The notes under the pieces are model-generated. The model had not been told where the DNA came from and did no database searches. It saw nothing but the letters and a program-made list of their open reading frames with translations. A program made the position numbers and the translations under genes. A DNA stretch of 64,000 nucleotides from sequence record MW812343.1; one strand, written 5' to 3'. Positions 1-5,582 of this stretch are shown piece by piece (the first letter of the stretch is position 1; every line of letters begins with the position of its first letter).

Positions 1-474
1 ACCACGATTGCGTACGACGGCAAAACTCTGGCGTCCGATAGCCAGTCGACTCAGGGTAATATCCGTGTGTCGAACACCGCGGTGAAAATCTTTGCCAGCG
101 GCGAGGGCGATGACTGGGCTATCGAGGGTAAGAAAATCGCGGCTTTTGGCATTGCGGGTAATCTGAACGCAGCCAACGACCTCCGTCGTGCGATGTCCTC
201 CTTCGCCGGTCACCATGCAGGCGACCCTTTCGAAGCCGGTGTCACGTTCGCCTTCATCGCGATTGCCAAAGACCGTACGGTGTTTGTTGGCGGGAAGTAT
301 TCCGACGAACCACGTTCGTGGGTCATGGAAGCCCAAACGCCGGTTGCGGTCGGTAGCGGAGGCGACTTCGCTTTGGGCGCGATGGCCGCAGGCGTTTCTG
401 CTGAGGATGCTGTGAGGATTGCATCGAAGTTCGATGTGAATACCAACGATAGCGTCTCGTGCATCCCTTGCTAG
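1..474 (+). CDS. HslV/proteasome-like Ntn-hydrolase peptidase (5'-truncated by window edge)
   Basis: Frame 1 is open from base 1 and reads TTIAYDGKTLASDSQ (N-terminal Thr, A-x-D-S motif), later VAVGSGGDFALGAM, typical of HslV-family Thr peptidases. The ATG probably lies just upstream of the window. Confidence 0.7.
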   Translation, partial: TTIAYDGKTLASDSQSTQGNIRVSNTAVKIFASGEGDDWAIEGKKIAAFGIAGNLNAANDLRRAMSSFAGHHAGDPFEAGVTFAFIAIAKDRTVFVGGKYSDEPRSWVMEAQTPVAVGSGGDFALGAMAAGVSAEDAVRIASKFDVNTNDSVSCIPC

Positions 475-482
475 GAGGACTG

Positions 483-821
483 ATGTCCATTCAAGAAAAA
501 CCACTGATGGTGATTTACAACCGGAAATATACTCTGGACGAAATCACTAACGCGTTAGGTAACCAACGTGTCCCGAGCATCCCAATTCTGAAGGATGCCG
601 TTGACAACGTTCAGATTCACCAATGGGAAGGTACCAATCACTGTACAGTGGCTGTGCTAACTACCCGTGGACATGTCTGCACGGTGGATACTTGGGTTGA
701 GCCTAACGCTGAAAACCTGTACAGAGTGCTGAACGGCGCTTTTGAGATGGCGTTGAAGTCTGCCGCCCGCAGTTGGCTGGGCGCGCAAATCAACAGCTTG
801 TCTGATAACTGCGTGCTTTGA
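483..821 (+). CDS. hypothetical protein
   Basis: ORF 459-821; ATG 483 preferred because GGAGGA precedes it. Confidence 0.75.
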   Translation: MSIQEKPLMVIYNRKYTLDEITNALGNQRVPSIPILKDAVDNVQIHQWEGTNHCTVAVLTTRGHVCTVDTWVEPNAENLYRVLNGAFEMALKSAARSWLGAQINSLSDNCVL

Positions 822-852
822 AAGTCTAATTACAAGACTACCTTGTGATATG
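821..852 (+). promoter_or_regulatory. putative phage promoter for tRNA-Trp transcript (AAAGTCTAATTACAAGA ... TATG)
   Basis: 17-mer identical to 4006-4022, with TATG ending 31 nt downstream in both copies; resembles phiKZ middle (AAnnnTTAC) and late (TATG) elements. Confidence 0.6.
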
Positions 853-876
853 CTGAGAAGTACGTAAATGAATTTT

Positions 877-953
877 GGGGGAGTAGTTCAATTGGCGAGA
901 GCGTCGGATTCCAAATCCGGTTGTTGCAGGTTCGAGTCCTGTCTCCCCTGCCA
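877..953 (+). tRNA. trnW: tRNA-Trp(CCA)
   Basis: Cloverleaf, loop TT-CCA-AA, GGTTCGAGTCC T arm, encoded CCA. Confidence 0.95.
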
Positions 954-1019
954 CATTTAGCCAGCAGGCTCAGGTTTCATCCAACATGACTAAGAAATGT
1001 CAATCGGTGGAGAAAAACC

Positions 1020-1247
1020 ATGAATCTGTATTTGCTAGAACGTGAAGACGATGTCGGTTACGACGAGTTTGATTCCATAGTCGTTGCAGCTCCTTCGGAG
1101 GATGCAGCGCGCGCAACGAAGCCCGGCTGGCGAGGGCGTTGGACTGATGTGTATTGCGACGAAGACGGAGTAATCCTGAGATGCGAACTCATTGGCACTA
1201 CGCACTTAGAAGCGGGCATCGTCCATGCATCGTTCAACGCAGGCTGA
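1020..1247 (+). CDS. small acidic hypothetical phage protein
   Basis: 75 aa ORF, GGAG RBS, followed by GGTGGGC-TTCG-GCCCACC hairpin. Confidence 0.75.
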   Translation: MNLYLLEREDDVGYDEFDSIVVAAPSEDAARATKPGWRGRWTDVYCDEDGVILRCELIGTTHLEAGIVHASFNAG

Positions 1248-1277
1248 ATACCGGTGGGCTTCGGCCCACCACACCTT

Positions 1278-1351
1278 GGGACGCTGGCCGAGTGGTTAGG
1301 CGCTGGATTGCAAATCCTGTTACCGCGGTTCAATTCCGCGGCGTCCCTCCA
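1278..1351 (+). tRNA. trnC: tRNA-Cys(GCA)
   Basis: GGGACGC/GCGTCCC acceptor, U discriminator, loop TT-GCA-AA, CCA. Confidence 0.93.
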
Positions 1352-1388
1352 ATTTCCTGTCTCGCCCGACAGGACATCTTTACAAAAC

Positions 1389-1470
1389 CCGTAGAGCCTT
1401 TCGGGGGTGTAGCTAGTTGGAGTGGTTGTCACTCTACGGTCTTTCACTCCTGGGCGCTGGCTCACCCACC
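1389..1470 (+). ncRNA. candidate pseudoknotted/long-hairpin RNA or structured leader upstream of terB-like gene
   Basis: Hairpin 1405-1467 (GGGTG/CACCC, AGCTAG/CTGGCT, GGAGTG/CACTCC); CCGTAGAG 1389-1396 is complementary to CTCTACGG 1432-1439 in its loop. Confidence 0.4.
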
Positions 1471-1488
1471 TAAAGGAAATTGATTATC

Positions 1489-1914
1489 ATGTTCGGAATG
1501 TTCAAAAAACGCGCTAACCGTGCTGTGACTGACATCAAAAAATTCGAAAAGCGTGACCTGGCTCAGGCCGTGGTTAATGCTGCCTATCTGGTTGCCTACG
1601 CTGATGGCGAACTGGAAGCCTCTGAGAAAGCGAAAATCGAACAAGTGCTGCGCGCTAACCCAGTGCTGGCAAACTTCCAGGGCGAACTGAACCAGATCGC
1701 TGCAACTATCATCGCTCAGCTGGAAGCGGACATCGGCATTGGCCGTCGTGCTGCTCTGCGTGAAATCAGCGATGTGAAAGGCGACCAGCGTGAATGTGAA
1801 GACGTGCTGGATGTAGCGATTGCGATCGCTAAAGCTGATGGCGAAATCGAACCGGAAGAAGAAGCGGTCCTGAAACAGATCGCTGAAGCTCTGGGTCTGC
1901 GTTACGACGCGTAA
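1489..1914 (+). CDS. terB: TerB-family (tellurite resistance-like) protein
   Basis: Duplicated A-x-ADG-x-x-x-x-E-x-x motif (AYADGELEASEK ... AKADGEIEPEEE); AAAGGA RBS before ATG 1489. Confidence 0.85.
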   Translation: MFGMFKKRANRAVTDIKKFEKRDLAQAVVNAAYLVAYADGELEASEKAKIEQVLRANPVLANFQGELNQIAATIIAQLEADIGIGRRAALREISDVKGDQRECEDVLDVAIAIAKADGEIEPEEEAVLKQIAEALGLRYDA

Positions 1915-1917
1915 GCC

Positions 1918-2100
1918 ATGAAGCTGAAAACCAAGTTATACATCGTGGCCGCGTTGCTACTGATGCTGCTTGGCAACTTCGTTGGGCGGGCATTCACGGT
2001 GCTCGCCTACGCAGCTGTGGTCGGCGTCGTAGCGTATCTGGCCTGGCCTGTCATCAAGAAGTTTGCGGCAAAGTCGCAGGCGAAGGTGAAAGGTAAGTAG
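1918..2100 (+). CDS. small membrane protein (two hydrophobic segments, basic tail)
   Basis: 60 aa, 3 nt after terB stop, hydrophobic stretches. Confidence 0.75.
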   Translation: MKLKTKLYIVAALLLMLLGNFVGRAFTVLAYAAVVGVVAYLAWPVIKKFAAKSQAKVKGK

Positions 2101-2106
2101 TAATTC

Positions 2107-2140
2107 GGTGCGGGGGTCGTTCCCTCCGCACCACCTTTTT
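2107..2140 (+). terminator. rho-independent terminator
   Basis: GGTGCGGGGG/CCCTCCGCACC hairpin followed by T-run. Confidence 0.65.
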
Positions 2141-2166
2141 ATTCTCATCTAAAAATAGGTATAACC

Positions 2167-3006
2167 ATGAGAAAGGTGCTTTTCGGAATCCTTGCAGCGT
2201 TGACGTTTAGCATGTCCGCAGTCGCGGCAGATGAAGTTGTGATTACTACTGGCCAACAGGGCCTGACCTATAACTCGGTCTACGGCGTTAATCTGGCTGG
2301 TGCTATCAGCGAGTTTGGTACCCGTGCCCGTGTCATCCCTTCTAAAGGGTCGTTAGACAACCTCGATAAGGTTGCCGCCGGTGAAGCCCAGATTGGCTTT
2401 ACGCAGGCAGATGCTTTCCAGTTCTGGCGCGCTAAGCACCCGAACGAAGCGCAGAACGTTGACATCGTTGGTCAACTGGCGCGTGAGTGTGTCTGGGTTG
2501 CTGTTAAGAAAGACGGCAAAATCAAAGACACCAAAGATTTAACCGATGGCGCGAAAATCGCCGTGGGTGAACCGGACTCTGGTTCGTACGCCAGTTGGCA
2601 ATACCTGCAACAGTTGGTGAAAGAGTATTCCAAAGCGGAAACTTACGCCAAAGGCGGTATCCGTTCGTTGTCCAAAGTGGCAACGGGTGAATACGACGCT
2701 TTCCTGTGGGTCTCTGCACCGGGCAAAACCAATAAGTTCCTCGAAGCGGTCAATCAAGACAGTTCTGGTTTAGAGCTGATTGACATGAGTTCGTGGAGCG
2801 TCAACGACAAACTGCCGAATGGTCAGTCCGTTTACACGAAAGAAACGGTCAAGACAGACAAGACCGCGTTCTTCGGTAACAAAGTCGACGTTCCATGCAC
2901 CACCACACTCGTTGTAGCCAATACCGAGGCCGGTGATGATTTACTCGAAACCGTTTCCACCATCCTCCTGAAAAATAATTCACGAGTGATGGGAGAGAAA
3001 AAATAA
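2167..3006 (+). CDS. TAXI-family TRAP transporter solute-binding protein (secreted)
   Basis: Signal peptide ending AVA-A; ITTGQQGLTY, SKGSLDNLDKV, QIGFTQAD, GAKIAVGEPDSGS match TAXI SBP motifs (TG..GG.Y; GS.EN...L; A.VQ.D; G..GSG). Confidence 0.8.
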   Translation: MRKVLFGILAALTFSMSAVAADEVVITTGQQGLTYNSVYGVNLAGAISEFGTRARVIPSKGSLDNLDKVAAGEAQIGFTQADAFQFWRAKHPNEAQNVDIVGQLARECVWVAVKKDGKIKDTKDLTDGAKIAVGEPDSGSYASWQYLQQLVKEYSKAETYAKGGIRSLSKVATGEYDAFLWVSAPGKTNKFLEAVNQDSSGLELIDMSSWSVNDKLPNGQSVYTKETVKTDKTAFFGNKVDVPCTTTLVVANTEAGDDLLETVSTILLKNNSRVMGEKK

Positions 3007-3011
3007 ATAAG

Positions 3012-3635
3012 TTTGTACTGACCCAGTACAACCTTCGGGCTGGGTAGGGTTGATGTCCCTACCTGCACGGTGTTCGTTAAGGCTGGTAACGTTCGCTAAG
3101 ACCTGTCGCACACCCCTAAGTCGACAGTAGCCGGTTACACAAAGCACTATCGCGTAAGCTGTGAAGTTTCCCCGGTAGGTAACCGACCGTTCACGATCTC
3201 ATTAGGTGAGCAAATAATCTATGCAAGGACTTCTAGGATTCGCGCTCGGTATGATGGGTAGCTTACGCCGCTTCATCAGACAGTTACGAATCTGGAAACT
3301 TGCCCATTACTGGTTTACAGGCGAAAAGGCTTCTCGTGAGAGAGCCACATGCAAACTGCGTATTTACATTAGTATGTTCACGGCTGTGAGCATAGGTCAA
3401 GCACCGGAACGATAAGCCGGACAGCTACGCCTGTAAAATACAATCTGAAAATCATAATGGGATTCAGTTCCCAGATTTGAAAAGGCGACTGTGTGTCGTC
3501 GGAGATAACCCCCCGTCGTGGACTAGGTTATCCCAAAGGTAATGTGAAAGGGGTTGGTGCTTGGAGGCGCTAAGACCGGCGGATACGCTGGCTCAGAAGA
3601 AGAAGTCCACCAACCCCATTCTCACCTAAGTAACT
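3012..3635 (+). ncRNA. candidate large ornate non-coding RNA (~620 nt)
   Basis: Intergenic, with multiple perfect helices: TTAGGTGAG 3202-3210/CTCACCTAA 3621-3629, TTTACAGGCG 3314-3323/CGCCTGTAAA 3428-3437, GGGGTTGGTG 3550-3559/CACCAACCCC 3608-3617, GATAACC/GGTTATC; a GTGA tetraloop; a possible pseudoknot. Confidence 0.7.
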
Positions 3636-3678
3636 CTTTTTACAAGACGTTACTTATATATGCGAAAGCGAGGTGAAC

Positions 3679-4005
3679 ATGGGAACGTATCATGAAGGTC
3701 CTGAAAGCACGGTGACACACCGTAGCCATGAATACTCTGTGGATGCATTGCTGGATATAGCGGAACGTCATAGCCTCGTTCAAATTCCAGTGTCTAGGAT
3801 AGAATGGATTTTAAACGAGACTACGCTCGAAGACGAGCGAGTTAAGAGTGCAGATACAGATTATCCCATTATTGTGCTGCACGAAGGAAGTTTGTATATT
3901 GTATTAGATGGTGCCCATCGGCTTGCGAAGGCGGTTGCCGAAGGCAAGGATACCATTGCAGCCAAGATACTTGTGCCTGCTAATCTACCGAAACCGGTAC
4001 GATAA
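3679..4005 (+). CDS. ParB/sulfiredoxin N-terminal-like domain protein
   Basis: PIIV...YIVLDGAHRLAKA motif (DGxHR); GAGGTG RBS before ATG 3679. Confidence 0.75.
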   Translation: MGTYHEGPESTVTHRSHEYSVDALLDIAERHSLVQIPVSRIEWILNETTLEDERVKSADTDYPIIVLHEGSLYIVLDGAHRLAKAVAEGKDTIAAKILVPANLPKPVR

Positions 4006-4037
4006 AAAGTCTAATTACAAGAATACACTGTATTATG
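4006..4037 (+). promoter_or_regulatory. putative phage promoter for main tRNA/ncRNA operon
   Basis: AAAGTCTAATTACAAGA identical to 821-837; TATG at 4034-4037 with the same spacing. Confidence 0.6.
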
Positions 4038-4116
4038 TCGGAAACCCGATTTGATGTTGCACAGGGCGTTACGCTGCGGCGTTTGCCGGTGTGCAGGGTT
4101 AGGTCGGGGTTCTGGC
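4037..4116 (+). ncRNA. 80-nt hairpin RNA at 5' end of tRNA operon
   Basis: GTCGGAAACCCGATTT pairs with AGGTCGGGGTTCTGGC (15 of 16 pairs incl. GU); inner TGCAC/GTGCA stem. Confidence 0.5.
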
Positions 4117-4124
4117 ACCTATTC

Positions 4125-4210
4125 GGGGGTGTTCCAGAGCGGTCAAATGGAGCAGACTGTAAATCTGTTGACTTCGGTCTTCGGTGGTTCAAATCCATCC
4201 ACCCCCACCA
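4125..4210 (+). tRNA. trnY: tRNA-Tyr(GTA)
   Basis: Type II cloverleaf, loop CT-GTA-AA, variable arm GACTTCGGTC, CCA. Confidence 0.95.
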
Positions 4211-4277
4211 AATACAAGAACGTCGGCCTGCGGTTAAGGACTAGCCTCCTTTTCTAGCGCCGATGGGATTCCTTCCG

Positions 4278-4357
4278 TCTGCGGGGAGTATCGTTCGGTC
4301 AGGGCGAAGCAATCCTGACCCGAGTGTGTTGTAGGCTACAACATGCAAGCAGAACCA
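4278..4357 (+). ncRNA. two-hairpin RNA with ACCA 3' tail
   Basis: TCTGC/GCAGA closing stem plus A-CCA; hairpins GGTCAGG/CCTGACC and GTGTGTTGTA/TACAACATGC; followed by the AACA spacer seen after true tRNAs. Confidence 0.5.
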
Positions 4358-4363
4358 AACAGT

Positions 4364-4438
4364 TGGGGTATAGCCAAGCGGTAAGGCCCAGGGCTTTGAT
4401 CCCTGTATGCCTAGGTTCGATTCCTAGTGCCCCTGCCA
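4364..4438 (+). tRNA. trnQ: tRNA-Gln(TTG)
   Basis: TGGGGTATAGCCAAGCGGTAAGGC 5' end typical of Gln, loop CT-TTG-AT, CCA. Confidence 0.93.
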
Positions 4439-4444
4439 AACAAC

Positions 4445-4527
4445 GGAAGTAAATCTCGCTGCTTCGGAAACTCATGGTGAAAAACCCGTGACCTTCCAGG
4501 CCGGTGCTATACCGGATGCTTCCACCA
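4445..4527 (+). ncRNA. non-canonical tRNA-like RNA (8-nt anticodon loop, divergent T loop, ACCA)
   Basis: GGAAGTA/TGCTTCC acceptor plus A-CCA; T-arm-like CCGG-TGCTATA-CCGG; TCATGG/CCGTGA stem with TGAAAAAC loop. Confidence 0.6.
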
Positions 4528-4533
4528 AACAAT

Positions 4534-4754
4534 GGTACCTGTCACAGCAGCCCTTGAGGCTTACGCGAAGATGACTGGCCGCCCATTTTTACCGGGTAAC
4601 ACATTCCTGCCTGCGTGCTATTGCCGCTAAGGTTTGTCCCTGGTGTCGTGCGTCATTCGGGTCTACCCATGCTCTGCGGAGTGTGCGCTGATGTCTCGAT
4701 AAACGCCATAGGGCCGCCTTGAGAACTCCGTGGAATTCGGAGGGGTACCACCCA
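4534..4754 (+). ncRNA. 221-nt RNA with tRNA-like ends (tmRNA-like topology)
   Basis: GGTACCT/GGGTACC acceptor, adjacent T-arm CTCCG-TGGAATT-CGGAG, tail ACCCA; 9-bp helix 4577-4586/4708-4718 in place of the anticodon arm. Confidence 0.55.
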
Positions 4755-4825
4755 TTCTTGTGTTTCCTTATCCTGAAGACATTCGTAAGACAAATCTATT
4801 CATGGTCGAGGAAGCACAGAACCCA
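4755..4825 (+). ncRNA. long-stem hairpin RNA ending CCCA
   Basis: TTCTTGTGTTTCCTT/GAGGAAGCACAGAA 14-bp stem with one bulge, then CCCA. Confidence 0.45.
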
Positions 4826-4828
4826 TTT

Positions 4829-4903
4829 AGGACTGTAGTTCAGTGGGAGAACGCCGCCCTGTCACGGCGGAGGTCGCGGGTTCGAAACCCGTCAGTCCTG
4901 CCA
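4829..4903 (+). tRNA. trnD: tRNA-Asp(GTC)
   Basis: AGGACTG/CAGTCCT, loop CT-GTC-AC, G discriminator, CCA. Confidence 0.95.
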
Positions 4904-4911
4904 GTTTCAAA

Positions 4912-4987
4912 TGCGTCTTAGCTCAGTTGGTAGAGCGCACCCCTGATAAGGGTGAGGTCACTGGTTCAAGTCCAGTAGATGCAACCA
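4912..4987 (+). tRNA. trnI: tRNA-Ile(GAT)
   Basis: Canonical D arm AGCTCAGTTGGTAGAGC, loop CT-GAT-AA, CCA. Confidence 0.95.
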
Positions 4988-4993
4988 AACAAC

Positions 4994-5071
4994 GGTGTAT
5001 GTAGTTCAGTTGGTTAGAATTCCGGCTTGTGACGTCGGAGGTCGAGAGTTCAAGTCTCTCCATACACCCCA
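4994..5071 (+). tRNA. trnH: tRNA-His(GTG)
   Basis: G-1 paired with C73, loop TT-GTG-AC, CCA. Confidence 0.95.
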
Positions 5072-5077
5072 AACAAT

Positions 5078-5153
5078 TCTCCCGTCATCTAGCGGTCTAG
5101 GATACCGGCCTTTCACGTCGGGCACACGAGTTCAAATCTCGTCGGGAGAACCA
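5078..5153 (+). tRNA. trnE: tRNA-Glu(TTC)
   Basis: TCTCCCG/CGGGAGA, loop CT-TTC-AC, CCA. Confidence 0.95.
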
Positions 5154-5158
5154 TTTAT

Positions 5159-5249
5159 AGAGAATTGACTGAGTTGGTTTAAGGTGCTCCCCTGCTAAGG
5201 GAGTGTATGCGAAAGTGTACCATTGGTTCGAATCCAATATTCTCTGCCA
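5159..5249 (+). tRNA. trnS: tRNA-Ser(GCT)
   Basis: Type II, loop CT-GCT-AA, long variable arm, G discriminator, CCA. Confidence 0.95.
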
Positions 5250-5252
5250 AAC

Positions 5253-5322
5253 AACGGTAAGCAAAACTGTGATGCACTGTGCTCGCGAACAGACTAGGTG
5301 GGTTAGAATCCCATAACCGTTG
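5253..5322 (+). pseudogene. degenerate tRNA-like element (CGC triplet in 8-nt loop)
   Basis: AACGGT/ACCGTT acceptor, GTGGG-TTAGAAT-CCCAT T arm, CTGT/ACAG stem, no CCA. Confidence 0.5.
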
Positions 5323-5364
5323 ACCGTGTTCTCTTGCTGTGGGAAATAGAAGCGAACGTAGAAA

Positions 5365-5443
5365 CGCCGGTTAGCTCAAAGCTTAGAGCGTCTCATCTTC
5401 GGATGAGAAGGTTGGGGGCGCAACCCGAATTCCCTATCGGCAA
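5365..5443 (+). ncRNA. tRNA-shaped RNA with UUCG-capped stem replacing the anticodon loop
   Basis: Canonical TAGCTCA..AGAGC D arm; TCTCATC-TTCG-GATGAGA; GCCGGT/ATCGGC acceptor; expanded T loop. Confidence 0.55.
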
Positions 5444-5509
5444 TGGCCTGCTTGTCAGGATTAGAAACATCTACGTGGATGGGAACTTCTACAGCGAGAA
5501 CAAAACAAT

Positions 5510-5582
5510 GGGAGTATTGCCCACAGTGGCACCGGCAAAGGTTTCGTACCTTGCGGGTTGGGCGGAAGCCCGATACTCCCCC
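5510..5582 (+). ncRNA. tRNA-shaped RNA with 8-bp acceptor and GGAA-tetraloop T arm
   Basis: GGGAGTAT/ATACTCCC; TGCC/GGCA arm; AAGG-TTTCGTA-CCTT arm; TGGGC-GGAA-GCCCG arm; preceded by AAACAAT spacer. Confidence 0.55.

Noticed and set aside
1389-1450. HDV-like (theta) ribozyme after a tRNA
   Set aside because: Nested pairing exists, but there is no P3/L3 hairpin or P4/J4-2 arrangement of the right size.
3221-3415. 64-aa ORF inside the large RNA candidate
   Set aside because: Weak, distant RBS, no recognisable domain, and it overlaps several perfect helices; more likely incidental.
3595-3612. GAAGAAGTCC resembling RNase P CR-I
   Set aside because: It lies at the 3' end and has no downstream CR-V (ACAGAA...GGCUUA) partner.
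3504-3617. Group I intron P3/P7-like pairing (GGACT/AGTCC, GATAACC/GGTTATC, AAGAAGA J8/7-like)
   Set aside because: No P4-P6 domain in the required place, no bulged residue for the G-binding site, and no interrupted host gene.
4295-4320. SRP RNA-like GGTCAGG...AAGCA
   Set aside because: Lacks the GGAA tetraloop and the symmetric/asymmetric internal loops of SRP domain IV.
4534-4754. Canonical tmRNA call
   Set aside because: Too short, no G3:U70 pair, and no tag frame ending in AA-stop; kept only as tmRNA-like topology.
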